A stretch of DNA of 64,000 nucleotides, from the NCBI GenBank assembly GCA_034669905.1, contig JAXMOL010000008.1:32001-96000 (forward strand), read 5' to 3'. The DNA comes from Candidatus Hydrogenedentota bacterium. Lineage in GTDB: Bacteria; Hydrogenedentota; Hydrogenedentia; Hydrogenedentales; JAEUWI01. This document shows, in pieces, positions 9,577 to 19,461 of the stretch (the first letter of the stretch is position 1; every line of letters begins with the position of its first letter). Under the pieces are notes generated by a model. That model did no database searches. It was not told where the DNA came from and saw only the letters and a list, made by a program, of their open reading frames with translations. The position numbers were made by a program, and so were the translations under genes.

Positions 9577-10448
9577 AAAACCTGGTCAACCCCTGGGTGC
9601 TCGCCTATATGGTGTTGCTCCTGCTCTCCGTCGTCTTCCCCCGCCTGTTGGAAAAGATCGCCGCGACCAACCGCGAAATCGATCGCCGGGAGGCCAAACT
9701 CCACGGAGAACCGGTGATTGGTCCGGGCTTCCGCCTGGAAACGAGCCGAAAAATCGCGTCGCGGGAGTTCACCATCTTTTCGGCCATTGCCCTGCTGGCC
9801 CCCTTCATTCTCGGGGGTATCGCGTATGCCAGGTATATGCCCCTGCAGGAAGAAGAATTTGTGTCCGTACAGAAGAGTCTCGGCACCGCCTTCGTCGGGC
9901 TCTTCATCTGGATTTCCGTCAGCGGAACCGAAACGGCCAAGGCCTTCTTCGGGGGACTCGCTTTTCGCGCGCTGCTCGCCCAGACCCGGCCTTTTCAGGT
10001 AGGCGATCGGGTGACCCTGGACGGCTACTCAGGGCGCGTGGAAAACATTGGCTTTTTCCACGTATCGCTTATCACGCCCGATGACGATCTGGTAAGCGTC
10101 CCCACCTACCAGCTCTGGTCCGAACCCCTGGTATCGACCAACGCCGGCAACCGCATGTCCCTCTGCGTCATCGATTTTTACCTGTCACCCCGGGGCAATG
10201 CCGAGCAGCGCAAAAAAGCCGAGGCAATCATCCGCGACGCGGTGCAGGCTTCCATCTACTACGAACCCGCCAAACCCCTGCAGACCTATTGCAACCAGGA
10301 GGTGGACGCCATCCATTTCCAGGCCAAGGCCTACGTCACCAGCACCTATCGGGAGTTTGAGTTTAAGGACGACGTCACCAAGAAGACCCTCGACGCCTTC
10401 GACGAACACAACATCCCGCTGGCCTTGCCAAAACGCTATGCAGAGTGA
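9561..10448 (+). CDS. MscS-family mechanosensitive channel
   Basis: TM helices then RPFQVGDRVTLDGYSGRVENIGFFHVSLITPDDDLVSVP; GTG start at 9561 after gaggag. Confidence 0.85.
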   Translation: MEAIVENLVNPWVLAYMVLLLLSVVFPRLLEKIAATNREIDRREAKLHGEPVIGPGFRLETSRKIASREFTIFSAIALLAPFILGGIAYARYMPLQEEEFVSVQKSLGTAFVGLFIWISVSGTETAKAFFGGLAFRALLAQTRPFQVGDRVTLDGYSGRVENIGFFHVSLITPDDDLVSVPTYQLWSEPLVSTNAGNRMSLCVIDFYLSPRGNAEQRKKAEAIIRDAVQASIYYEPAKPLQTYCNQEVDAIHFQAKAYVTSTYREFEFKDDVTKKTLDAFDEHNIPLALPKRYAE

Positions 10449-10578
10449 GGAGTGAAGTTCGTGGTGGGATGACTACGGCTTCCTCACCTATCAAGACTTC
10501 CTCGAGGGTGCTCCCTTCGAAGACGGGCGGCAGGGGTGGCGTTGTGGGTGTGGGGGCTCTGGTAAACCTTTTCGCGCC

Positions 10579-11598
10579 TCACGTCGTGGACAACACCACA
10601 CGAAAGCGGGCTTTACCGCTCATCATGTGTTGGTAGGCGGCTTCGGCTTCTTCGAGGGGAAAGACTTCGTTCATGGGGCGAACCCCATTGATGGCACTGA
10701 AGGCCAGCGTGGCCTCCGCATCGATGGCGGTTCCGGAATACCATCCCCGAACGGTGTAGCTGCCGCCAATCATCATGCCGGGATTGACCTCAAGGGATTG
10801 GGCAGCGCCCAACACCATAAGGGAGCCCCGCGGCGCCAGCCCGGGCATTGCCGCTGTCATGGCAGGACCATGGGTCACCGTGGCAATGATGGCCTGGGCC
10901 TTGCCCAAATCGGAGAGGGCGGCGGCGGGGTCCCCCGCCTGGCTGTCGATGTAGTGGTCGGCGCCCAATCGAAGCGCCAGCTCCGCCTTGTCGGCACCCC
11001 GTGCAATCGCCACCGTACGAAAGCCCATCTTCTTGGCGTACTGCACGCCCAGGTGACCGAGCCCGCCAATCCCGAGTATGGCCACCGTATCCCCCGCCTG
11101 GGCACCACAGTTGCGCAACGCGTTAAATGGGGTCAGCCCGGCGCACAGTAAGGGAGCCGCATCCAGGGCATCGATGCCCGCTGGCAGGACGGCAACGGCA
11201 CTGCTATGGGCGACCATGTACTCGGCATAGCCCCCGTCGTAGGTGGTGCCCGTTATCGTGTGGCTCTCTTTTTCACAGGCGAAAAAATCACCGCCGCGAC
11301 AGGGATTACAATGGCTGCAATAACCGCCGTTCCAACCCACGCCCACCCGCTGCCCCGGTGTCAGTCGGGTTACGTCGTCACCGACGGCATCCACCACCCC
11401 CACGACTTCATGTCCGGGCACCAAGGGATAGGTCAGTCCCGGGAAGGCGCCTTCCTTGGCAAACATGTCACTGTGACACACCCCGCAGGCCTCTACCTTG
11501 ACCCGAACCATTCCGGGACCAGGCTCAGGGACAGGACGCTCCACGATTTCGAAGGGAGCGCCGGCGGAGGGAATCTGGGCTACACGCATGGTGGTCAT
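10579..11598 (-). CDS. Zinc-dependent alcohol dehydrogenase
   Basis: CGVCHSD, PGHEVVG, structural-Zn cysteines CSHCNPC...C, GIGGLG; start MTTMRVAQ at 11598 (the longer track ORF is an upstream extension). Confidence 0.93.
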   Translation of the reverse strand: MTTMRVAQIPSAGAPFEIVERPVPEPGPGMVRVKVEACGVCHSDMFAKEGAFPGLTYPLVPGHEVVGVVDAVGDDVTRLTPGQRVGVGWNGGYCSHCNPCRGGDFFACEKESHTITGTTYDGGYAEYMVAHSSAVAVLPAGIDALDAAPLLCAGLTPFNALRNCGAQAGDTVAILGIGGLGHLGVQYAKKMGFRTVAIARGADKAELALRLGADHYIDSQAGDPAAALSDLGKAQAIIATVTHGPAMTAAMPGLAPRGSLMVLGAAQSLEVNPGMMIGGSYTVRGWYSGTAIDAEATLAFSAINGVRPMNEVFPLEEAEAAYQHMMSGKARFRVVLSTT

Positions 11599-11784
11599 GG
11601 GAGTTCTCCGATGGGTTGTGTTGATCGTGTTCGAAGCCCACGCCGCACGGTGGGCCGATAGCGCCATCCTACCACCCCCACGTGGAACCGACGCAAACGG
11701 AAGACCCCGGCCAGTATTGCAATCGTTCCTGCGCCACCGTAGTATGGTCTCCAACGTTTTCTTTCTTCCATTGGAGTCATTCTC

Positions 11785-13125
11785 ATGAGCTGGAAACCTA
11801 TCCCCGTTTTCGCCCTGGTCCTGGGGGCTATCATCAGCACAACGATGGCTACGGCCGCACCCACCATCACCGTGGTCACCGAGGAGCCCGTCTACACCCT
11901 CGTTTCGCCGGGTAACGGCGCGGGGCCCTTGTGGTGTTATGGATGCACCCAGGTAGTCCGGCAGGGCGATGAGGTGGTCATCAGTCAAATGGAAACGGGT
12001 GAAGACGTCCCCCTGCTGTGTAACACGCGGTGGAAGTTGCTCACGCGGAAGGACGGCGCCTGGGAGACCTTCGCGGAGGCGGAAGGCTATCGCCAACGGG
12101 AACCCTGCCCCATAGGCGTGACGAAAGACGCGGGCTTTTTTCTCTATGTAAACGATTCCCTGACGCCGCCCGGCACGCACTACAAAGAGTGTGAGCCCCA
12201 CCTGCTCAATTTTGCCTCCACAGCGCAGGGCAGCATGCCCAAGAAGCTTTCCCCCAAATGGGATGAGGAGCAACCCTACTACACCGACCATTCCTATCGC
12301 GGTTTCGGGGTGGACGGTCCCAACAACGAGCTGCTCATGTTGAACATCGACGCCAAGACGAGTATTCAGCACTGGTGTCACCTCGACCAGTCGGGGAAGA
12401 CGTTGGCCAACGGATCGATTACCTTTCCCATCCGCTCGGCCTATCTCCAGGCCGCCCTGAGTAACCGCGCCGCCCACGTGCTGGCCATCAGCGACATCGT
12501 CGAGCCGGTGGACGAGTGGCGGGAGTATAAGTTCGCGGAGACGGAACGGAAGTGGGACTATGTGTTTCGCATCCTCTACTACACCTGGACGCCGAATACG
12601 CAGAGCCAGCCCTTTGCGGAACCCATCGAAATCGCCAATGTCGACAAAACGGGGGGCTACATCAGCAATCAGGATCTGTGGATAGCTCCTGACGGCAGCG
12701 CCTATCTCCTCTATCGCGAGCAGGAAGTACAGTCCGCCCTGATGCGCGATAAGTTCTTCCCCGAGGGCTCGCTGCTACCCACGCTCCATGTGACCGTGGT
12801 GAAGGATGGCAAGATTGTCGACCGCCAGGTCCTGGTGGAAGGCAACGACACCCAGTCGCCGGGCAACGCCCGTTTCCATGCGACGCCGGACGGCAAACTC
12901 TACGCCCTGGCCTACGTGGGTGGTGCGGAAGCCGGTATGAAACTCATCCAGGTTTACCCCAGGGTGGATGAGCCCGTGTTGATGCCTGTCCCGTTGGAAA
13001 AGCCGTTCAGCGCCTTCTGCCTCGCCAATACCCGAGCCGGCTGTGCCCCCTCGAACACCATCGACATCTTCGGCTATGCCGGGGGCGGGGGCGTGCTTTC
13101 CTATGCGGAATTGACCTTGAAGTAA
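11785..13125 (+). CDS. Hypothetical secreted protein (possible beta-propeller)
   Basis: Signal peptide ending TMATA; 446 aa, beta-rich. Confidence 0.75.
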   Translation: MSWKPIPVFALVLGAIISTTMATAAPTITVVTEEPVYTLVSPGNGAGPLWCYGCTQVVRQGDEVVISQMETGEDVPLLCNTRWKLLTRKDGAWETFAEAEGYRQREPCPIGVTKDAGFFLYVNDSLTPPGTHYKECEPHLLNFASTAQGSMPKKLSPKWDEEQPYYTDHSYRGFGVDGPNNELLMLNIDAKTSIQHWCHLDQSGKTLANGSITFPIRSAYLQAALSNRAAHVLAISDIVEPVDEWREYKFAETERKWDYVFRILYYTWTPNTQSQPFAEPIEIANVDKTGGYISNQDLWIAPDGSAYLLYREQEVQSALMRDKFFPEGSLLPTLHVTVVKDGKIVDRQVLVEGNDTQSPGNARFHATPDGKLYALAYVGGAEAGMKLIQVYPRVDEPVLMPVPLEKPFSAFCLANTRAGCAPSNTIDIFGYAGGGGVLSYAELTLK

Positions 13126-13149
13126 CCTCCTGAGACGCGCCGGAGGAGG

Positions 13150-13335
13150 GCGATGCCGAGTAAAACGAGGTTTCGTGTGCGTGGAGGGCAAGTGATGAGT
13201 CCTCTTCGAGATGCGCCAGATTCGGGCGTCCGAGCCCAGCCGTCGAAGAGACGCCCGCGTACGTCCGCTACCATGGCCCCTCGTCGGTATCGCTCCACGC
13301 GCACAAACCCTCGCACCTCGGGATCGCGCGGCACG
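13150..13335. repeat. Imperfect long inverted repeat, member of a dispersed intergenic repeat family
   Basis: cgaggtttcgtgtgcgtggag (~13166-13186) is the inverse of ctccacgcgcacaaaccctcg (~13293-13313); similar to 48766, 49875 and 54070. Confidence 0.6.
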
Positions 13336-13510
13336 AAGATGGTGCTATTCAGGTCACCTGCGACGAAGACCGAGAGAGGCCCTGCGGCCGTGCTCCTGTC
13401 CCATCCGGGGCACACCGTGCTATGGTAGAGGGACGCGGCGGGCACCGAGGTGGCACCCCGCCCGCTGCGACACAACGCATCAACCGAACGTTTATTCCAG
13501 GGATTTCGTT

Positions 13511-16500
13511 ATGTACCGCTGTACCCTTCTCCGGACTCGTGGGAGTCTGCTTCTTCTTTCCGTGCGCATCGCGCTGGTGCTGGCTTGCTTCCAGGGAGCA
13601 CAGAGCGCTCCCAAACAGGCGACCGATACCAGCACGGTGGAGGGCCAGTACTTTGCCCATGACATGTTCGAACGCTATACGGATGGGCAGGAGCTGGGCC
13701 GGGGCTTTCGTACCTACAATCCCAACAATCAAATGACCCGCCTCTTTACGTACCCGGTCTCGACGCCCCTGGATTACGAGGTGGCGACAAACGGCAGCTA
13801 TCGGCTTTACACGGACACCTTCGACGGAGGATTCGGCGGAAGCATCGGCCTGGCCGGGGGGCTCACGGTATTCAGCCAGGAGAGCGCGCCGAATGCTGAC
13901 CCCCAGGTCCCCGACGGCTTTGCGAGCCTCCAGCTTTCGGTCCGCCAAGGAAGCGGTATGAACGACAGCGCCTTCGACGGAAGTTACAGCTACCACGCCC
14001 TTCTTCGCGACGACGACGGCACCTATCGCACCAGCTTCGGCGCGGCCAACGCCAATGGTGGCGGTGCCTACTTTCTGATTCGTGAATCAGCCATCGTCCG
14101 CACCTTCTCCTACGACGTGGTGTCCGATGGCCGCATCGACCTCGGCCCCCAGGAACCCAACTTCGCCGCGGTTGTGCCGGGGGGCGATGTGGTCGTCAAC
14201 ACGGCCACCTACGACAATGGGGATGACCCGGAAGCGCCGGACGGTTACACGGGGCTGGCCCTCTACCTTCGTCGCTTTCCCGACAACGATGCAACCTATA
14301 CCGATTTTCGGGGCACCTACCGAATCCATCAGCTCAGCAGTGATGGCAGCACCACGCCCCGGTCGGAGGTGGGTACCATCACGGCAGGTGGGGGCGGTTA
14401 TTTCTTCGGCACGCTGGATGGACTCGACTACTCCGGGCAGATTCAGTTGAATACCACGGGCACCTTCACCCTCGTGGACAGCACTGCCTACCAGGGGACC
14501 CTCAGCGCCGCAGGCGACATCGCGGTCCTCACCACTACAGGCAGCACCACCCCGACCCTCACGCTCTGGGTGCGCACGGCGGGCGGCCCTGGCAATGCCC
14601 GCGACGAAGATGGCGACGGCGTCCCAGACAGTGAGGAAGGGGCACTCGGCACCGCAATAGACAATCCGGATACGGACGGCGACGGACTGCTGGACAACAC
14701 GGACACCCGGCCCACCATCGCCGACAATGTGGTGGCCGCCACCCTGAGTGAATCGCGCGTGGTCTTCGAGTCGGATGGCCCCACGAGCGCCGAGCTTACC
14801 CTGACCCTGGACAGCGATGACTTCCCCTTTTTCGATTGGACCTTGTCCTCCAACGTTTCCTGGTTAACCCTGGATCGTTCCGAAGGGTTCGGGGACGACA
14901 CCATCACGCTGCGTATCAATGCAGCCAACCTCACCATCGAAGACAGCCCCTACGTGGCGACCATCGACCTCGTCGCGCCCAACATGGCCCCCGTTACCCC
15001 CCTTTCGCTCACCGTGGAGATTGCCACCACCCAGGTCGACCTCCTGGTCTCCCCGGAGACGCTTTCGCTGGCGGCTATCGAAGGGGGCCCGCTCGTCTCG
15101 GCAACAGTCTCCCTGAGCAGTCCGGATGGCGATGATTTCTCTTGGGAAAGTGACGGGGTCCCCACCTGGCTGACGGTGACCCCGCCGGAAGGGGTCGGCC
15201 CCACCGAAGTGACCCTCACGGTGGACCCGACCGAATTGGTCGTGGCGAATACACCCTATACGACCACGATCACCTTTCGACCCGACTTTGCCGGGCCCAA
15301 GTCTGCGACGGTCTCCCTTACCGTGGACGTATTGCCACCGCGTGAAATCGATGTCCCCTTTCCCCTGTTCCCGGGCGAGAGCGCCCAGACCGGTCCCGCC
15401 GTTGCTTTCGACCCCACCACGGGCCAGTGGCTGGCAACCTGGGTCGAAGAGGAGGCCATCTGGTTGTTGATACTGGATGAAACCCTCCTGCCCTTCGGTG
15501 ACCCCGTCCAGCTTTCGGGCGATTTCTTCGGCATCGCCGACAACCCCGCCATCGTCCTCGTCGATGACGCGCGCGAGGCCTGGGTCATCTGGGAACAGCG
15601 CCAGTCCCCCACCGACGATGCCATCCTACAGGTCCGGCCCATTGACCTGACAGACCGCAGCCTCGGTAACCGCTTCGGTTTCACGACGGCATCGGGCGAC
15701 AAGTCCACCCCGTCCGCCACCTACAACGCCGTGACGAACGAGGTGCTGGTGACCTACGACCTCGAATTTGCGGACCAGGCCTTTGTCGGACAGGCGCGCA
15801 TCGACGGCACCACGCGGGAGGAGCGGGGCACGGGCTTCGCCGCCACCAACGACCATCACCAATCCCGTCCAGCTGTGGCCTGGCTCGCGGACAGCAACCG
15901 CTACCTGGTCGTCTGGCGCGAGATTATTCCCGGTGAAGAAGCGGATGTCATCCAAATTCGAGCTGCCCGTCTCGACGGCGATACGGGGGAAATTCTCGGA
16001 GAAATCCTTGTCGTCGATGAGGAGGCCCCCAACGCCGCTCACCTTCGGGTAAGCGCCGCGACGGGGTTGGGCAGCTGGACCGTCACCTGGTCGGAAGCCT
16101 CGTTGACCAGCCTGCCCGCCCGATTACAGAGTCGCGCGGTCACCGCAGACGGCCTCATCGGAACCCGCTACACGCTGGATACGACCCAGCGGGCCATTCC
16201 GCCGGTGGAGATGGCCTACAACCCCGCTTCACGTTTGGGCACGATCCTCTGGACCCGCGCCCCGGGAGAGGAAGGCGACGTGGCGGTTTACCAATACACG
16301 TCGGGCCAGGGCCAGCCTCTGGGCGATCCGGTGAGTTTACCCGACATGCCCCGTTCGGCGAGTAGTGCCGCTGTAGGGGCCAACCCGAATGACAACGAAA
16401 TTCTATTGGTTTGGGAAGACCCCGCGACCATTCCGCGACAGCTTCGGGCACTTCGGATTTCGGGCGGCTCCGACGATGTCGATGGGGATGGGCTCCCCAA

Positions 16501-18964
16501 TGAATGGGAACTGGGCTTCGGGCTCAATCCCAACAGCGACGGTGGCGATGATGGCGCCCTCGGCGACCCTGATGAGGATGGGTTGAGTAACCTCGCCGAA
16601 TTCCTGCTCGGAACAGACCCGACCAATCCCGATGGCGATGGCGACGGCCTCCTGGATGGCCAGGAGGACACGAACAATGACGGCATGATAACGGATGCTG
16701 AGACCAGTCCGCTGAATCCCGATACGGACGACGACGACGTACCCGATGCCGTGGAGTGGTTCCTGGGAAGCAACGGAGCGGACCCCGATGACCGGCCCGA
16801 CTCGGGCATCTACCGTATCGACTACGGCACGTGGACACCGGGAGAATCAGGCACCGTGACGGTGGGCTTTTACCTCGCTGAAGCGGCATCGACGGCATTG
16901 CAGGTCAATCCAGACGGGGTGCAGAAGCAGGTTGCGGCGGAAGACTGGACGATGGGCTCGGAGGATGAAGGAGACGTTGTGCTTCGCGATGCCGGTGTGC
17001 ACGAAATCACCTATCAGCTGACGCCGTCGGTGGATGTTACGGCGACGACTGCCTATGGGACCTTTCGCTTCGAGTTGCGAGACAGCGAGGGTCTCGTGGA
17101 TGCCCGCACGGTCGTATTGGTGGCCGATCCCCTGGGCGCCTATGGGGGCGACGGAGTCAACACGGCCCAATCCCTGGCGGAAGCCTATGCGCCCGTGCTG
17201 CGCCTCCATCGGGATGCGGTATTCGCGCCCATTCCGGTAGAACTCAGTCTCGACACCGCCCGATTCGATATGGGAAATACCATGACCCTTCGCGTGGCAC
17301 CAAGGCCCATTGACCTCCATCAATCGCCCTATCTAGAAGCCCAGGTCGACCTGCCGGGAGAAGATACGGAAGCACTCTTTGCCGCCTACCCGGATGTGGA
17401 AGTGCGTCCCGCTCCCACCCTGTATTACACGGTGGCCGCCCTGGACAAAGAGAACGACCCGCCGCGCCAATTGGCCATCCAGTACTACCTCCACTTCTAC
17501 GCCGATGTGTGGGGGCTGGACCAACCCGGCGGCCATCGTCACGAAGGCGACTGGGAAGTATTTCAGGTCCTTATCAACGACGGACTGCCCTTCCAGGCCA
17601 CAGCAACCCAGCAAAGCCAACTGGCCGCCCTGGACGGGGAAGTCGCTGGAGGCGAGAGTCGCCCCTGGGAGGCCATCGAAGTCACGCCCGCGTCTCGCCC
17701 CATTGTGTATGTGGCGCACGGGAGTCACGCCCTCTACTTTGAGCCGGGTGCCACGGTCTTTGATGCCGGGCTGGACATCGGTGACGGTCTGGGATACTGG
17801 CTGCTTCCCGAAGGAGCTGACGGTCTCCTGAGCAGTACCGATTACCCGAATACGCTCGGAATTTCCCTAACCCCCCTGGGGCGGGCCCAAAGCGACGAGG
17901 CACCACGCTGGCTGCGCTTCGCGGGCCGTTGGGGGCAGTGGAACTATCCCATACCGGAAGCAGACAACCCGGCTCCCACGGTGAACGACGGCCCTCTGGG
18001 TCCCCTCTTCCTCGGCACGACGACCGATCCCCGGGACGAATCCGGGGTTCTACACGTCTGGTCAGACCCCCTCGCCTTTGCCACCCGCATGCCGAATAAC
18101 ACCGACTCCCGGGAATCAGAAATTCGCGTCCTCCTTCCCGAGTCTGTGTGGGGCGATACGGCGATGCTCCTGGATGCCCGGGGGCGCATTTTCTCCGCCG
18201 CCATCTCCGCCATCGACGGTAGCGTTGCCATTACGGCACCCGTGCAAAGCTATTTGTTCGGCGTGGTCGATTGGCCGACAGGAAGCCGCCCCACCCTTCG
18301 CGCCATGGCGCGCTTCAGGCTCTTCAACACCACGACGCCTGTCTTTCAGGCTACCGAGGGCGTAAGCGATTTGGGGACGCTCACCTTCGAAGATGGCTTC
18401 CTCGTCGGCGTGGGCAACTACGCGCTCCAGGACACCGATGGGGATAGCGTGAGCGACCATCTCGACCCCGATATGGACGGGGATGGCAAATTAAACACGG
18501 ACGACGACGACCTGCTGAACGACGGTTGGTCGGATGCCTATCATGCCCAGGACTCCGATGGGGACGGCGTGCCCGATTTCCTGGACGATGACGATGATGG
18601 AGACGACCTGATTGACGCCCTGGACCCAGACCGGGATGGCAATGGCATGGACGATGGGGACGACCCGGGCGACCAGGATGGCGATGGCTTCCTGGACGCG
18701 GTAGATCTCGATCGGGATAACGACGGCTTTACCGATGCGGAGGAGCGGTCGGCGGGGAGCAATCCCCTCCACTATCTCGATACCCCCTTGCAGCAGGTGG
18801 GCGATTTGGATGGCGATGGCGATGTGGACGCTGCCGATGGCCAACAACTGGTCAACCAGGCCTTGGGCCGGGCGCCCTACGATGCCCGGCTGGACTATAA
18901 TCTGAACGGCACAATTGATGCCGTCGACCTCCAGCTGCTGATCGACGACATTCTACACCCCTAA
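13511..18964 (+). CDS. Large secreted multidomain protein: BACON-like domains, TSP3-like Ca-binding repeats, Vps62-like domain, C-terminal dockerin-like domain
   Basis: Signal peptide; WTLSSNVSWLTL and PTWLTVTPPEG (BACON-like); many DxDxDGxxD repeats; YAPVLRLH...HEGDWE...YVAHGSHALY...WLRFAGRWG (Vps62-like); GDLDGDGDVDAAD...DYNLNGTIDAVDL. Confidence 0.8.
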   Translation: MYRCTLLRTRGSLLLLSVRIALVLACFQGAQSAPKQATDTSTVEGQYFAHDMFERYTDGQELGRGFRTYNPNNQMTRLFTYPVSTPLDYEVATNGSYRLYTDTFDGGFGGSIGLAGGLTVFSQESAPNADPQVPDGFASLQLSVRQGSGMNDSAFDGSYSYHALLRDDDGTYRTSFGAANANGGGAYFLIRESAIVRTFSYDVVSDGRIDLGPQEPNFAAVVPGGDVVVNTATYDNGDDPEAPDGYTGLALYLRRFPDNDATYTDFRGTYRIHQLSSDGSTTPRSEVGTITAGGGGYFFGTLDGLDYSGQIQLNTTGTFTLVDSTAYQGTLSAAGDIAVLTTTGSTTPTLTLWVRTAGGPGNARDEDGDGVPDSEEGALGTAIDNPDTDGDGLLDNTDTRPTIADNVVAATLSESRVVFESDGPTSAELTLTLDSDDFPFFDWTLSSNVSWLTLDRSEGFGDDTITLRINAANLTIEDSPYVATIDLVAPNMAPVTPLSLTVEIATTQVDLLVSPETLSLAAIEGGPLVSATVSLSSPDGDDFSWESDGVPTWLTVTPPEGVGPTEVTLTVDPTELVVANTPYTTTITFRPDFAGPKSATVSLTVDVLPPREIDVPFPLFPGESAQTGPAVAFDPTTGQWLATWVEEEAIWLLILDETLLPFGDPVQLSGDFFGIADNPAIVLVDDAREAWVIWEQRQSPTDDAILQVRPIDLTDRSLGNRFGFTTASGDKSTPSATYNAVTNEVLVTYDLEFADQAFVGQARIDGTTREERGTGFAATNDHHQSRPAVAWLADSNRYLVVWREIIPGEEADVIQIRAARLDGDTGEILGEILVVDEEAPNAAHLRVSAATGLGSWTVTWSEASLTSLPARLQSRAVTADGLIGTRYTLDTTQRAIPPVEMAYNPASRLGTILWTRAPGEEGDVAVYQYTSGQGQPLGDPVSLPDMPRSASSAAVGANPNDNEILLVWEDPATIPRQLRALRISGGSDDVDGDGLPNEWELGFGLNPNSDGGDDGALGDPDEDGLSNLAEFLLGTDPTNPDGDGDGLLDGQEDTNNDGMITDAETSPLNPDTDDDDVPDAVEWFLGSNGADPDDRPDSGIYRIDYGTWTPGESGTVTVGFYLAEAASTALQVNPDGVQKQVAAEDWTMGSEDEGDVVLRDAGVHEITYQLTPSVDVTATTAYGTFRFELRDSEGLVDARTVVLVADPLGAYGGDGVNTAQSLAEAYAPVLRLHRDAVFAPIPVELSLDTARFDMGNTMTLRVAPRPIDLHQSPYLEAQVDLPGEDTEALFAAYPDVEVRPAPTLYYTVAALDKENDPPRQLAIQYYLHFYADVWGLDQPGGHRHEGDWEVFQVLINDGLPFQATATQQSQLAALDGEVAGGESRPWEAIEVTPASRPIVYVAHGSHALYFEPGATVFDAGLDIGDGLGYWLLPEGADGLLSSTDYPNTLGISLTPLGRAQSDEAPRWLRFAGRWGQWNYPIPEADNPAPTVNDGPLGPLFLGTTTDPRDESGVLHVWSDPLAFATRMPNNTDSRESEIRVLLPESVWGDTAMLLDARGRIFSAAISAIDGSVAITAPVQSYLFGVVDWPTGSRPTLRAMARFRLFNTTTPVFQATEGVSDLGTLTFEDGFLVGVGNYALQDTDGDSVSDHLDPDMDGDGKLNTDDDDLLNDGWSDAYHAQDSDGDGVPDFLDDDDDGDDLIDALDPDRDGNGMDDGDDPGDQDGDGFLDAVDLDRDNDGFTDAEERSAGSNPLHYLDTPLQQVGDLDGDGDVDAADGQQLVNQALGRAPYDARLDYNLNGTIDAVDLQLLIDDILHP

Positions 18965-18970
18965 ACGAAA

Positions 18971-19004
18971 ATCGGTGTCCGAATCCAAGGATTCGGACAC
19001 CGAT
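18971..19004. terminator. Perfect 16-bp stem hairpin between convergent genes
   Basis: atcggtgtccgaatcc-aa-ggattcggacaccgat. Confidence 0.8.
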
Positions 19005-19031
19005 ACAACTATTAAAACGTGGGGAGAGTGA

Positions 19032-19250
19032 TCAGGGACCAACCGCTTCGGGTTCGGGCAGTTTGCGTACTTCGCCTTTTGCCAGAATCTGTTCCGAACG
19101 GTCGTAGAGAACGAACTTTTTTGCCCCTTCTTCCCGGGCATCATCCTCAACGACACCGACCATGGAGTCACGCCATCCTTGCATGTCTTCCATGTCCCAG
19201 CGATTCTGCTGTTTCGCCGTCAAGGTATACCGGTAGATCTTTCGTGCCAT
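19032..19250 (-). CDS. Small hypothetical protein (72 aa)
   Basis: ATG preceded by aggag; ends just before the hairpin; protein-like composition. Confidence 0.65.
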   Translation of the reverse strand: MARKIYRYTLTAKQQNRWDMEDMQGWRDSMVGVVEDDAREEGAKKFVLYDRSEQILAKGEVRKLPEPEAVGP

Positions 19251-19461
19251 GTCGAAGCTCCTGAAGTAACGCGATTAGACCACGGAACGCGGCAAATCGC
19301 ACCTGTTGGTAAATGGGCCCCGCAGTAGCGTGATGCCACCCGTACTACTTCTCGTATTATAGCAGCGCAGCCCGTTTTTTTACAATATAATAGCGCGACG
19401 CTCACAAAAGTTCCCTCAAAGCGATTTTTTCGGAACCCTGGCGGGCGGGGGTATATTAGAC

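Noticed and set aside
11599..12477. N-terminal extension making the alcohol dehydrogenase 632 aa
   Set aside because: It overlaps the plus-strand gene 11785..13125; ADH homology and the RBS begin at 11598
13451..13466. Sigma-54-like TGGCAC-N-CCGC upstream of 13511
   Set aside because: Poor -12 element in GC-rich context; also resembles the gtggcaccc REP foot
13211..13510. Arg-rich 100-aa N-terminal extension of the large protein
   Set aside because: It runs through the intergenic repeat; the signal peptide begins after ATG 13511
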